DNA of 64,000 bases from contig OZ286470.1 of assembly GCA_965644265.1 (NCBI GenBank), positions 55,738,001 to 55,802,000 of the forward strand, in the 5' to 3' direction. A program made the translations under genes and the position numbers. Positions 10,403 through 24,102 of this stretch are shown here, in pieces (within the stretch, counting starts at the first letter, position 1; the number at the start of each line of letters is the position of its first letter). Source of the stretch: Glycera tridactyla. Lineage: Eukaryota. The notes beneath the pieces were generated by a model, which saw only the letters and a list, made by a program, of their open reading frames with translations, was not told where the DNA came from and made no database searches.

Positions 10403-12168
10403 TATTAAGTATTATGCAATCTCTGAAATAAATCTTGATGAGGTATCTTGTAAAGAATGGAACTGTACAGAGTGAAAGTAATTTTCAAGATTTTTTGTTG
10501 AAATGTACAAATATCTTCCTTAGAAATCATCCTATTTCCAAGATCGTAATTTGTGCATTCCAATTATTGATGGTGAATTCAGTTTCATCCTTATCACCTT
10601 CCGCTGCATGATAAATTCAAAAACAGAAGAGAGACAGACATGCTATAAGCTCTTCTCCGATATCAGTGGAATTGGTTGCTTCTTGTTAAAACAGATCCAC
10701 CATATTCAGAGGTGACTTACCTGTCAGTACATTACTCTTGGCAAGTTGCAGTCAGTAATTGATTAGTTTGATGAATTCCAGACTTTTCTTCAGCTTCTTG
10801 GCATCAGAAGCTGATCTTTCCCCATGATGATTGCTTCCGGTCATGCACAGAATTCATTTGTCGATTGAGCTTCAAACACATGCATCATACACATGCTGCG
10901 GGGGAGAGGGGGGCTTCTCATTGTGTCTATTGGCTCAGGTGATTACCTTGACTCACTCCAGCCATATCCTCTATCCTCTTCATTTTCTCTCGGACCTGCA
11001 AGAATCTTTTGAAAATTGATGTGTTCTGCAGTACTTTCTTCAAATCAATGTTATTCTCCTACAGAGCTCTATGTCTGCTGTGAGAAAAATGTCTGATTGT
11101 CTGTTAGAAATTTTTGAATTCATCTAAACTTGTTTCAGTGTCAATAGATCAGAGAAAAGGGTGAAACCTTCCACAGGTTTTATGAGATTTACGAGAGATT
11201 TATTTCATCATTGGCAAATCTACATTATCGAGTCATGTCACATAACATGAAATATGATACAAATATGAGAAAGAGGGAGAACAACATCAGAGAATTGCTG
11301 GGTGCAAAAGTTAGAATATGAGCAGTTCTGGATGTGGATCCAAACAGATGCGAGAGGCTCCATAAAATATATGAAAAGATCAATAAAAAAATGTAGCCAA
11401 TATGTCCTACTCATGACTGACTCAGCATCACCAGGACCAGCTGAGACAGAGTCAGACAGGTCATAAGTGAAATACTAGGTTGGGGTTTCGAGCCTTTAAC
11501 TTTCATACCCCTGAAGAAGGGAGACCTGGTGGCCCAGCCAAGATTAAAGGAATCTTGACTCCTGTCAGGCTCTAAGCCACAACCCATCAGCAGCTAATGG
11601 ATCCTAATGGCTACAGGGTCCTCCCTAAAATAAGTGTGAGGTACAATTATGAGAAAGAGGGAGATCAGTATAAGAAAATTGCTGGGTGCAAGAGAAAGTA
11701 TGATAGATAGCTGTGATTTCATTCTCTTTAGCTACAGGAACAACTCAATATCTCTTGATCATCCATTGCTCCCGATTAGCCAAGGATAAATTGTGATACA
11801 ATAATCCAATCACAACACTGGGAGCTAGACTTGTGCATGTGAAAATTGTGTTTTCAGCAAGTCAGCTGAAAAGATAAAAGTCATAAAATATTCCCAGCAA
11901 GCCAGCTGAAGAGAGGCAAGCTGGATGGCATTGAGTGGATCTTGGCTTGGGGCCGATCAAAGAAAGATATGGAGGTCACAGAAGGTCATGTGCTGATTGA
12001 TTACAAGATGGCTAACTCCTGTGCAACAGGCTGCTGTAGATGTAAACAGTGACCATGGCAACTGGCTCACTTCACGTGATTGGCCACAATTACCCTTACT
12101 GTGGCTGGATTAAGCCCTGTTCATTGCAATTGTACTGGAAACACTTGCAGTACGCTTGTTTCCAGCTC

Positions 12169-12389
12169 CAGGGCTCTACGTTAACTTTTTTCTTCAGCTG
12201 TCCTTCGGGCAGGTGAAGTAGAATTTTACCTGCCCTCCCTATTATTTCCACCTGCCCTCCTCCATATAGTTATAGCCCGAATAAGGGTTTGGTAGCTGCC
12301 CATCGGGCAGGTAGATTGATAAAATCACCTGCCCTAACAACAAATCTGCCTGCCTGTGCCAGTAGGGCAACCATTAGCGTAGAGCCCTG
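12169..12389. mobile_element. hAT-like MITE, 5-bp TSD AGCTC (free-standing copy)
   Basis: TIRs CAGGGCTCTACG / CGTAGAGCCCTG, subterminal CCTGCCC repeats; homologous to 36410-36614 and 58038-58232. Confidence 0.85.
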
Positions 12390-12491
12390 AGCTCCCCTGG
12401 CCAAAGGTCATTTCTCAATGGATTTTGATTCTGAACATTATATTGGTTAGCACCAAGCATTACACACACAACTTGGTCATGTTTTGTATGA

Positions 12492-14065
12492 TTTTTATGC
12501 CTCTGCCATATCATGGCGGAGGGCATATAGTGTTTACCCTGTCCGTGTGTGTGTATGTGTCCGGTCCGTGTCCGGCCCATTACTTTGCCATACATGACTG
12601 GATTTTCATAAAACTTGGTACACATGATCATCATATGAAGTCGATGTGTCATGAGCAAGAACCGTCATGCTTGAGTGATTTGCCGCCAAATGGTGGCCTC
12701 TGATAGGTCAATTCTTGTCCGGCCCATAACTTTGCCATCCATGACTGGATTTCTATAAAACTTGGCACACATGATCATCATATGAGGGCGATGTGTCATG
12801 AGCAAGAACTGTCACGCTTGAGTGATTTCCCGCCAAATGGTGGCCTCTGGTCAATTCGTGTCTGGCCCATAACTTTGCCATCCATGACTGGATTTTCATA
12901 AAACTTGGTACACATGATCATCATATGAGGACGACGTGTCACAAGCAAGAACCGTCACGCTTGAGTGATTTCCTGCCAAATGGTGGCCTCTGATTGGTCA
13001 ATTTGTGTCCGGCCCATAACTTTGCCATCCATGGCTGGATTTCCATAAAACTTGGTACACATGATCATCAGATGAGGGCGATGTGTCATGAGCAAGAACC
13101 ATCATGCTTGAGTGATTTCCCGCCAAATAGTGGCCTCTGATTGGTCAATTCGTGTCCGGCCCATAACTTTGCCATCTATGACTGGATTTTCATAAAACTT
13201 GGTACACATGATCATCATTTGAGGGCGATGTGTCATGAGCAAGAACCGTCATGCTTGAGTAATTTCTCTGCCAAATGGTGCACTCTGATTGATTGATTTG
13301 TGTCCGGCCCATAATTTTGCCATCCATGACTGAATTTTCATAAAACTCGGTACTCATGATCATCATATGAAGAAGATGTGTCATGAGCAAGAACCGTCAT
13401 GCCACCCATGACTGGATATTCATAAAACTTGATACACATGATCATCATATGAGGACATTGTGTCATGAGCAAAAACTGTCATGCTTGAGTGAGTTCCCAC
13501 CAAATGGTGGCCTCTGATTGGTTGATTCGTGTCCGGCCCATAACTTTGCCATCCATGACTGAATTTTCAAATAAATAGGTGCGAATGACCATCATATGAG
13601 GATGATGTTTTGATGCACAATCTGCCACATTTCAGTGAGTTCCTACCAAATGGTGGCCTCTGATTAGGCTAATTGGGTCACACCTAATTGGTTCATCAGC
13701 CCAAAATCACCAAAATTGTATCTTCTCCCTTATTTCTTAATGGATTTTGATTCTGATTGTTTCATTGGTTAGAACCAACCATTGAACAAACAACTTGGTT
13801 GCGTTTTGTGTGAAAGTCATGTCAACAACTTGGTAATTAGGTCATTATCCATGAGTCGCTAAAATTGTATTTCCTCCCTCAATTCTCAATGGATTTTGAT
13901 TCTGATTGTTTTATTAGTGAGAAAAAAACATTGCACATAAAACTCATGTGAGATTCTTATTAACAACCTGGTAATTAGGCTGATTGGCTCACATTTGTCT
14001 ACAATACAAGCCTTTTTTGTTGAAATTGACGAGAGGCTTATTCAATTTGTCTGATGTCCTTGCTT
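12492..14065 (+). mobile_element. Helentron-type (HINE/DINE-1-like) element, family A, with about 147-bp tandem units; 3' end approximate
   Basis: Starts TTTTTATGCCTCTGCC...TGGCGGAGGGCAT (subTIR hairpin), GT/GTCC microsatellite, then units starting at 12574, 12721, 12864, 13011, 13158, 13306. Confidence 0.75.
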
Positions 14066-15769
14066 TCATTATTATATAAGATTCTCCATAATTGATCATA
14101 CCTGATGGAAAGTCATGGAAAAGTCATGGAACTTTTTTTTCACAGTGCATCATTTTGTCCCTAGTGGAAATACTCCGAGATGATGCAATTCTCTGAGGGC
14201 GGGGAGTGCAAGGTCCTTTTCTAAATGAATATTATATATATGACAGATGTTGATGGCATTGTGTTCTTTGGAAGAAAACTTTGCAAATATGGCTTCGTAC
14301 ATTTTGGATGAGTTGTTGAGAGTTATTCCCTAGTCTTTCCTGCCCTCGGCCCTTGTCCTACCAGCAATATCTTACTTCATTCATGAAATCTACCAAACAT
14401 GATTATGTGAGTGACTGACCATTAGTGAGCAGCTGATTCCCCAAATTGTGTTGATTGAATAGTGTTTATGATGACATTTCTATTCATAGAGTTCATAGCC
14501 ACCTGGATAAGGATGGAATCTGAAATCCTCGATTGCAGGCCGACAAACCTCGGAAATTTGAAAATCATCTTAAATGTCTGGATTTCGAACATGATTAGGA
14601 ACAATCTTCGTAAATAAGCCATCATAGATAGAGAGAAAAAAGTATCAGTCATTGAGATTTTTGCCGAAGAGAGATTGAATGTTCACTTGCATGTATATAT
14701 ATTTATCACTCTCTCAGACAGGGATGTGATTATTCCGCGTTCCTGCAGACTTCTAGGTTATTATGAAAAAGACAGCAAGTCATCATTTGCCAGATGAAAG
14801 CATTCTATGCTGATTATTTTGGAATTTAGATCGTCCGAATCGGCCCAGAATTCGTGGAGATAGATCCCGGAATGTATATATGCAGTTAAAGTAGCAATTA
14901 GTTAGCAGTCATTGGGGTTTCTTACTCCTAAAAATCTTGGCAAAAAGTACCTTGGGTCTGGTTTTCAGGGTTTTTAGTTGTGAGTCAATCACATCCCTCC
15001 TAAGGAGAAATGTTTTGTTGATAAACTGTTCCAATAATCTCCTGTCATGTGAAATTGACCGGGAAAATTCCAGGATTGGTCTAGAATAAGCCTGGAAGCA
15101 ATATGGAATTCACTTTTACCAGTGGTGGGTAGGGTGGGAGTCCAGGGTCTCTATAGATGGCAGCCACCGATGGGCGCGGGACTTTTACTCTGAAGTGTTG
15201 CCATCGGGGATGATGTGGCCTAGGTGTAGCATCATCCCTTCTCTTCTTCTCAATATCTTTTGGAATGGGGGGGTTGAATGAAAACATACCTTCAAAATTT
15301 TCTATCATCTATCTTTAGGCATTTTCTACCAAAATTGCACTATCACCAGATTTCTTTTTCTTGACCTCTTTCCTATCCCTCTAAGCTATTTCTTATTTCT
15401 TCAGTGAAATGGTCTCAGGTGTAGGTAGCTGATGGTTTGCCTGTAGCAGATATTGTCACTATGCAAAACGCGGGTACCAGGGACACCAGTTCTGGGTTAC
15501 TAGGGCTGCAACTAGGTTTACTAGGTTGTGTGATGGCATTGTACTGCAAGCGTAGGGCAAGCCATGATTGTAAAGCTGGTTTGAAGTTGACAGTTCGTAA
15601 TTGAAGACATTGTTTGAGTATTATCCGAACCTAATGCTTTTCCTTGTTTCAAGTACTGCGCTTTGCTTAAAAAAAAAGCATAGCTATCAGGCTTGAGTGT
15701 TAGCTTCCAGCCAGTTACATAGTTAGATATGCCATCATCAGGTTCAATATGTCTTTTTTGTAGAGTTAG

Positions 15770-15965
15770 AGTTGGTAGGGGTGTGTCTGAACCATCAGCT
15801 ACTTCCACTTGACAACCTTTCAGGGAGTTCCCCATCATCTTGTGTTCAGGGTTTGTGAGAGTGATGTCTGCAGGGGAGAGACCATCTAGCTTTCATTAAC
15901 CAGGAACACACGGCATACATAATCCTGTGGGTTGATACATGCCGTTAAGCCTCAAACAAACAAAC
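15770..15965 (+). mobile_element. SINE-like 3' end with (CAAA)n tail (copy 2 of 3)
   Basis: Ends gccgttaagcctCAAACAAACAAAC; strongly similar to the reverse complement of 45600-45750. Confidence 0.65.
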
Positions 15966-16045
15966 ATCACTTTTACCAAAATAGTGATTATCCTCGGCAT
16001 TTTTTCTAGATTATATCTTTATGTTTATGTGGCCGTGTACATGTA

Positions 16046-17133
16046 CAGAGCGTGAAGACTTCGGAAAAATCCCCCTGCCCGACGGGCGGGTGAAATTCGA
16101 AATCACTAGCCCCCCTCACCGGGATTTGGCCAATCAGAGATCGCAACAGATATCTGTCAGTTCTTTCTCATCTCCAGCTTTAAAGATGGCGATTGAACCT
16201 GCAAAACTGACGAAACTCGCAAGCAAATTTGACAAATCAGGGCTTGATGTTGCGACTCACAGGTCGCCGACTGCGAGTGAAAATCAACCCGGCAAACAAT
16301 TTGTAGAAGGCACTCGCCTGTCGGCGAACATGGGAAACATGATTGTTTTGTTAATGAACTATTAAAATGGCGATTAAAAACTGATGAATAAGGAAGCCAA
16401 TCTTGTCGAGAAACTGACAATTACCACAGCGCAAATGTTCTTCAGGCGTTTCTGACAATGAACCTTATTTCCTGAGAGATCGCAGCACACAAACATGATA
16501 TAGAGGAAAAATCAGAAGCCAGACCGGGGTTGTAGGGAATATGATGCGCAAGAAGCTGCACATAAATTGTGTTAATGATGGGGTTTCCCGCCGGGATTCG
16601 GACTGATAAATCGCGCCTCGCATCTCTATTAAACGTTTAATTGGTGAAATATACCCCAATCCACCATTAATATGATACGAGAATACATCCTGTTATGAAA
16701 GAAACCACTAAATCATGGCGGAGAGCAGGAAAGACGGCGATTCGACGAACTTTTACCGGTCGCGTCAATATTCAATGTAGTTGGCCATGATGCAATCCAC
16801 GGGTGACTCGCACTAAGATCGCAGCACTAGATTCCTAAAGGAGGGATGGTTGCAAATGGCTATTGAAAAAAATGTCTGGCCACTCAAATATAATTCTGGC
16901 GACGATAAATTTGTTCTTCTGGCTACCAAAATGAGAAACCCAGGGGCCAGCTGGCTTCTAAATTTTTTTTCCCCAACATCGAGCCCTTCAAATATAATTC
17001 GTATTTGCGACTTCTAGATGCAATCAGATGGGAGTATGCCCACCCGAAAAAGACGTGTAACTTTGAGATCCACCCGCCCGACCTTGATTTTGGCATGCCT
17101 GGGACATTCGGAAGGCGATATCTCCGCACCCTG
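16046..17133. mobile_element. CpG-rich hAT-like non-autonomous element, possible 6-bp TSD (CATGTA/AATGTA)
   Basis: Imperfect TIRs CAGAGCGTGAAGA / TCTCCGCACCCTG; subterminal CCCGCCCG/CCTGCCCG motifs at both ends. Confidence 0.5.
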
Positions 17134-17474
17134 AATGTATTGATAATAGGTCCGAGTATCACCCGTGCAACTTGGGAGGCCATCATTTCATTAGCTTTCG
17201 ATACCTGGAAATTTTGTTTTTTTTCTGGAAAAGTCATGGAGAAAAATTTTCAGATTTCTGTGGGAACCCTGCTGGTGTCATCCACACTCTATCTTCATAG
17301 AGATAGAATGTTCCAAATGATACAAGCAACAATCTTCACCGCAGGATTGATTTCGAAGTTTTACTTATGTGGTTAATCCTGTATATGGAATAAACTTGGA
17401 AAGCTCCATTGGTGACTCACTTGCTGAGCATGATCGCAGTGCCATGTAGTAACAAGGTATAACAGTGTATGCTC

Positions 17475-17665
17475 AAATGTGTCTGTGTTTGTGTGTGTGT
17501 CTGTGAGAGTGTGTATGTGGGTCTATGTGTACGTGAGAGTGTGTGTGTGTACGTGCGTGCATGTGTACATGAGAGTGAGTGTATGTGAATGCATGTGTGT
17601 GTGAGAATGTGTGTTTGTGCATGTGTGTGTGTGAGTGTGTGTTTGTGCATGTGAGTGTGTGTGTA
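17475..17665. repeat. Degenerate (GT)n microsatellite
   Basis: GT-rich tract; explains His/Thr-repeat ORFs. Confidence 0.9.
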
Positions 17666-18498
17666 CTTGCAAAGGTCGTGACCCACCTGGAGACAGCTTA
17701 TGATCACCAGTAAAGCCAACATGTCTGCGTGGCGGGTGGCTGCCTCTATGAGCTGACCTGCCGTTGACTGCAGTCATTTCTCACAGGAGTGTCAACTAGA
17801 ATCCATTCAATAATTGATCTATATGTACACTACATTATCAATTCATTGATTGATATATTTACTTGGACGTGTTTGTGCACACCTGCCTGCATGCATCAGT
17901 ATGTACCTACCTGGAGGTAATGATTGTTTANNNNNNNNNNNNNNNNNNNNNNNNNNNNNNNNNNNNNNNNNNNNNNNNNNNNNNNNNNNNNNNNNNNNNN
18001 NNNNNNNNNNNNNNNNNNNNNNNNNNNNNNNNNNNNNNNNNNNNNNNNNNNNNNNNNNNNNNNNNNNNNNNNNNNNNNNNNNNNNNNNNNNNNNNNNNNN
18101 NNNNNNNNNNNNNNNNNNNNNNNNNNNNNNNNNNNNNNNNNNNNNNNNNNNNNNNNNNNNNNNNNNNNNNNNNNNNNNNNNNNNNNNNNNNNNNNNNNNN
18201 NNNNNNNNNNNNNNNNNNNNNNNNNNNNNNNNNNNNNNNNNNNNNNNNNNNNNNNNNNNNNNNNNNNNNNNNNNNNNNNNNNNNNNNNNNNNNNNNNNNN
18301 NNNNNNNNNNNNNNNNNNNNNNNNNNNNNNNNNNNNNNNNNNNNNNNNNNNNNNNNNNNNNNNNNNNNNNNNNNNNNNNNNNNNNNNNNNNNNNNNNNNN
18401 NNNNNNNNNNNNNNNNNNNNNNNNNNNNNNNNNNNNNNNNNNNNNNNNNNNNNNNNNNNNNNNNNNNNNNNNNNNNNNNNNNNNNNNNNNNNNNNNNA

Positions 18499-19029
18499 CA
18501 CACTGCCAGCGCTCTGGCTTAACTGCGTCCATTGCAAATCCATTCTGTGGATCTGCCGTGGTGTGGAGGACAAGAGCGTTGGCAGTTTGTTGCTGGCGAG
18601 GGTGCCAAACTGGAAGGTTGATGGTTCAAATCCCATACAAGCCAAAAAATAATTTGGGCATTTGGAACACATTTCATGGACCTGTTGCCAGTACAATCTG
18701 GAAATATGTCTCTGACATGATTTCTATCACTAAAAAAATGTGTGTGAATGTGAGTGCCAGGTTTCGTGATACATTGACCCCTGGGGGTAACACACTGCCA
18801 GCGCTCTGGCTTAACTGCGTCCATTGCAAATCCATTCTGTGGATCTGCCGTGGTGTGGAGGACAAGAGCGTTGGCAGTTTGTTGCTGGCGAGGGTGCCAA
18901 ACTGGAAGGTTGATGGTTCAAATCCCATACAAGCCAAAAAATAATTTGGGCATTTGGAACACATTTCATGGACCTGTTGCCAGTACAATCTGGAAATATG
19001 TCTCTGACATGATTTCTATCACTAAAAAA

Positions 19030-19030
<1 letters not shown>
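18499..19030 (+). repeat. 292-bp tandem duplication carrying a tRNA-derived SINE head
   Basis: Two near-identical copies offset by 292 nt; A-box-like TGGTGTGGAGG (18559) and B-box GGTTCAAATCC (18623, 18915). Adjacent to an N gap, so may be an assembly artefact. Confidence 0.6.
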
Positions 19031-19077
<47 letters not shown>

Positions 19078-19078
<1 letters not shown>

Positions 19079-19288
19079 AGGGCTCTATGTTGCTACCTGT
19101 GGGTAGCCAATTGCTACCAAATTTACCCTCTGGCTACCACATTTTAAAAGTTAGGAGCCAGCCGCCCCTAAAATTTTGAGAGCTTGTAATTGGCAATGTA
19201 TTGATTGGCTACCAAAATTTTGCACTTGCTATCAAAAATTTCAACTTAGGGGCCAGCTGGCCCCTAAATATTCGGGCCAAGGTAGAGC

Positions 19289-19292
<4 letters not shown>
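19078..19292. mobile_element. hAT-like MITE inserted in a (TG)n tract
   Basis: TIRs CAGGGCTCTA / TAGAGCCCTG; (TG)n on both sides (19031-19077, 19293-19352). Confidence 0.8.
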
Positions 19293-19355
<63 letters not shown>

Positions 19356-22300
19356 AATCTGAGACTGCGGTAGTCAAATATAAGTAAGATAATGACTGTT
19401 ACTTCTGTTAGCATACACAGGGTTGCATCCGGGGGGGGGGGGGGGGGGGGGGGAGGAGGGGGGATTGGGGCATTTCACACACTTTTGCCTCAGCCACAAT
19501 CAGGGTGCAAACAGGACTGCCACATTGACCCAAAAATGAAGCCTTTAGTAGGCTTCCAGTTTGATATTTTTCTTTATCTATATGACCTCTGAAAGATTTT
19601 TGAGCATTCGCTTCTACTTTTTCTTTGGCATGGTCATGAAGTATGGCAAGTCATAGCTGGGATGAACATGATAAATTATGCTATGAAGGCAGTCAGGACA
19701 CATTCAAATGACTTTCTGTCAATATAAAAAGTCTAAATATAATTATTCAAATATCTTTAATTCACGTATATATGGAAATACTTGTTAAAAAGAGTGCTAT
19801 ATGCTTTGAATGTGTGGCAAAGTGTCAGACTTCTATTACCTAAACACAAAATATCAGTGGTAGGGGGTACGGACAGGACACAATCTTTTTCTTGGGGCAT
19901 ACCTACTCTATGAGATATGTTCACCACTTTTTACATGCAATGACATAGGATAATAATTCATCTTGATTCAACAGGCTGCTAGAATGGCATTTCATTGCAT
20001 ATATATGGAATAAAATGTCTTTCTATTGTTGATTCCAAACCTCACTCATGCTGAAAAATCTGTTACTATCATCGTGTCATCTTAGACGTGAGAGGCAAAA
20101 CCAGGATGTCACTTGGACCTAGAATCCATCATGTCCATAATGGGCATTATAGGTAGATTTACCTGTAAGATAATTTTGGCATTATGGACAGATTTTCCAG
20201 TAGATTAATTTTGGCATTATATCTTCCAGAAGTGTGAGTTGGTGGAGAAAATAAAGTGGATCAACTGTTCTCATATCCTGTAACCATACTATAAAGAACA
20301 TTTTAAGAACTAGAACAGGGACATTGAATCACCATTTACATGATAGCAGCATGTTGGTGTGCAGACAATGAGATTTCGAACAAACCCTAATTCCAATAAT
20401 ATTTCAAATGCTACAAGAGATCATGCTGAATGAACAAACTCAGCTGGCTGACTGGATTGAAATAAACACTAGTGAAAACAATACCACCTTCACTTCATTG
20501 GTGGAAACAGTGAAAAATCATTTGAACAACGACAGCAAAGAATATGCACACAAATAAACATACATGTGTAGGAGAAAACAAAAATATGGTTTTAGCATAT
20601 TTGCTCGGTAGTTTAATCTCTCATCACTGTTTTATGATCACTATTGTTCTCAACAACCCTTTCATCTGCAAGATCCCCAAACAGCCCTCTGATATGCTGT
20701 CTTCACGGGTAAATTTGGAACACTTCTGTTAGTATGATTTGAATTGAACCAAAGCTGAACTGTAGTAGAGGATATGATTCTGCCGGGTGGCTTTCTCATC
20801 CATTTGCAGCTTGCTAACGCAGCATTTTGCTGGATGATGGCCCTTTGCCTGCACTTTTTGAGAGTATTCTTGCTGACAGTCTTTTCCATTGTTTTAGGTA
20901 TGCTCAGTGCATTCTGGAACAAGCTGAAATATACAAATCTACAGGCAAAGCTATTGTTTGTAATATATGTGGATATGAGAGCATGTAGGCATTCATGCAT
21001 GCAGCAACAGTGCTGCTATCTACCATATTGATGAAGGAGCAATAATTGTCCTGTCCGAACCCCCCACCCATAACTAGGCAAATGAGATGTAGATTTTACT
21101 TCAGCTGATGGGCTATTGCTATAATAATAAGTCATCATTTGGCTGTATATACAGAGACCAGCAAGTCAGAGTACAAAACTCATAAGACTGTTTTTCACTC
21201 AATTTTGCTTTATACCACCTCAGAATATCATTGGCATCAATTTTTTCCAGAAAAATATACCTAGAATTAAGTGATTATGGAGGAAAGCAACACAAAGGTA
21301 ATACAAGGTCAAAAGAATTAATTATTCAACATGTGGGCTTCTATTTCTCAAAGTACAGAATCACTATCCTCAGGGGGGTACGGACAGGACAGGGGTACGG
21401 ACGGGACAATATGGTGTTTGACCTGTGCTGGCCAGCACACTATCCTGAATTCATACTGGATCATTTCAGTGTGGATTAGTCCGATGTAAGCACAAACTAA
21501 TCGTGAGACATTTGGGCCTGTCTCCTGTAACATATGCCCAGCAGGAGGGGGGTACGGGGGGTACGGACGGAACACAAAACTGACGACGTACAACTTGTTT
21601 ACACAAAACAAGTGATTTCTCAAATTTCACTGCAGCTATTCAAGTCTCCTTCATTCATTATGAAGAAAACCTATATTCTGTCATTTTGAGTGTTTTTCCT
21701 CAATACAGATCACTGAATAAGTTTACTTTTGCTTGACTCATGGTAGCCATGGCAATTTTTCCGAAAATCCGTAACGACACCGCATTTTAGGAAATTCACC
21801 AGGATTTTCATTCCATAGACACTAGTGACCCAAAAATTCCTGAATAGCAAGTCCACACCTAGGTCTAACAAATAGAACCTATAAAACTGCTGTGAAAATA
21901 TGCTATGGTACTGATATTCTTGCATGAAAATACCTGTAAATGTAAGTGGCAGTCTGTAACAAGCAAAAATGGTCAATTTTGGGGTTATAAATTGACGCTA
22001 CACGAAAACCGTTCATTAGATCTGCCTGAAATATTCAGGCCAGTTAACTCCATGTATGCTGTTCGATTAAAGCTTATTAGCAGGAAGATATGGAGAAAAG
22101 ATTCTGTGTAATAAATCCGTAACATGCCAAAACCTAAAAATGCACCCTGATTGTGGTTGAGGCGTTTGGGGGTCCCTTTTCAATGCCCCCTAGATAAGCA
22201 AGGGGGTTGCACTCATTCCATGTTGATTGCACCCATTTTGAGATATTCCCTGGAGAAATGCCTCCTTATTATCAAATTCTAGGAGGCATATGCCCCCAAT

Positions 22301-23237
22301 TCAGGAAAGCCTGGATGAGTGAATAGTAATTGACCCTGGCCTTGGCTCATAGTGTATCAAAGTGCCCATTAAATGAGTGCTTCTTACCTCCTTTCTAAAA
22401 TGAATACTTCAGAATTTAGCTAGACTATGTGGCGACTGACAAAGTACCTGTAATTCTATGCGATTCATTATGTCTTAACCCAAGTTTGACTGTTGGTCTT
22501 TTAAAACTGTAGCCATCTTTAAACCTCTACATAGTAGAGGTTTCTTCACATCACTTGCTTTGTATAGATGAGTGTGAGGCAAGATAGAGTGCTGACTGGT
22601 CACGTGTTTTCCTCCATATAATCAGCTGATTTAGCTGATGTACATCAACTAAAGTGTGGTGTTGGGGATCAGCTATAGTTGTACTTGTATGATAGGAAGA
22701 GGATTAGAGAATGATCCCTACATAATCTCCAGCAAAAAACAACTGGGCTTCAAGATTGGCCTTCATTCTGTAACATGTACTGTCACTAATCCACAGTTTG
22801 TAAGGGGGGGGGGGGGGGGTGTCACGGAAGTTCAGGTGCAAGGAGGGAGATTTATTGGACCAAGTTACCAAATGACCCTAAATTTCCTTCTTGCTACCCT
22901 GGAGCAGTTAACCATGCCCCACTCCTCTCAAGTAGTCCCCCATACCATCTTTTCTTTGTTTTCTCACAACTTTTTTTCTCAATGTAGACATGAGCATCCC
23001 CTCTGTTCGTTCTGAGGCACAAGAGTGGTACATGTACAGAACACCAGCATTTTGGCTATCAACTTGAGTGATTCTGCAGCAGGAAGGATGCCTGTAATAC
23101 AGTGACACAAGCAGTGAAAGCAGTCACCACTTCACAACATCAGATATCCCGTGCCCGACCTGGACTCTTCCTGAGATGGTATCCCGCAATCACAATTAAA
23201 GATTTCTCAATAAATTGTACAAACTCTCTGATTTCAG

Positions 23238-23495
23238 ATGCCACTGATGAGGATGGGCAGGAATTGACCGAGATCCAGCTGCCGGTCAACGGAGCGCCAT
23301 CAGAAGCCGTGTTTTTGAGACGGGAGAAGGCAGTAGCACCCTCTCTGGCTGCGCAGAAGCATCCTCACGGTATTTCTCCAGCAGGTGGCGTTCACCCTCA
23401 TACAGGCCCGCCACGTCCACACACCTATGGCAATGATAACAGCACCAAGAATCGTCAGTCACGTGTCCAGTCATCGCGACCTGACCCCATCCCTG
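23238..23495 (+). CDS. Internal coding exon of the unidentified plus-strand gene (phase 1 to 1)
   Basis: Acceptor ctctgatttcag|, donor CCTG|gtgagt; open frame DATDEDGQELTEIQLP...SSRPDPIP; joins in frame to 23993. Confidence 0.7.
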
Positions 23496-23992
23496 GTGAG
23501 TGCATGCAGTAACTCTATTATACTGAAACAATATTTCATCTTCACACCATTACATGAGCCAAATTTCTCCAGTTTGGGTGTGATAAGAGCCAATAAACTT
23601 GACTAGCCATGAGAGAATGGTCCACCACCATCATTAGAAGTGTTATTGTTGAAATTGCATAAGTATAAAAAAGTGAGGTGCGACCATTTTCTTTGTTCAT
23701 TCATCGCATTCAAGTCACTTGCAATTATCAGAGCTCTGCCGGGCTTCTGAAAAGGATGATGAGGTACACAAAGGTACAGGTTGAGAAAGTGCATTAGCCA
23801 TGTATTGTGACAGCTCATCTTAAAAAAATTATCATAGCTTGAGTGACAGTCAAGATGACTTCATTTCCTCTGTCAGCTGTTAGAATCCAGAATCCAGGTT
23901 AGAAGCATCCTCCAGTTTACAAGCTTTGACAAAATTACATTTTTCAGGTGAATTATGCTATTGCATTTGACATCACCTTTGTACATTTTCAG

Positions 23993-24102
23993 GTGCACCA
24001 TATGCGGGGGCCTCTGCACAGAGAATGGGTAGTGCCTCGCTGCGTTCCTACTCCCCGACCAAAACAACAATTCGAGGAAGTGGGGCGCTCTCCAACCAAG
24101 CA
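23993..24102 (+). CDS. Internal coding exon of the same gene (phase 1 to 0)
   Basis: Acceptor ctttgtacattttcag|, donor GCA|gtaagt; GAPYAGASAQRMGSASLRSYSPTKTTIRGSGALSNQA in frame with the previous exon. Confidence 0.7.

Noticed and set aside
12574-13680. Regular repeat arrays (also 24700-25600, 58400-58800, 60000-61250) as possible CRISPR arrays
   Set aside because: Units are homologous along their whole length with no unique spacers, there are no cas genes, and the context is eukaryotic.
15521-15838. 105-aa minus-strand ORF as a host exon
   Set aside because: Its 5' part overlaps the three-copy SINE-like repeat and no consistent splice chain supports it.
18555-18645. tRNA gene
   Set aside because: A and B boxes are present but I could not fold a cloverleaf; better explained as a SINE head.
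17843-18696. Long ORFs made of X residues (also near 32000 and 46900)
   Set aside because: Artefacts of N gaps.
19431-19462. Poly-G/C runs (also near 26983, 27833, 31424, 45947, 58982, 63951) as G-quadruplex elements
   Set aside because: Simple homopolymers, several within repeats, with unreliable length and no positional pattern.
20662-21031. Overlapping 85-112-aa ORFs, one hydrophobic
   Set aside because: No recognisable domain and no compatible splice sites.
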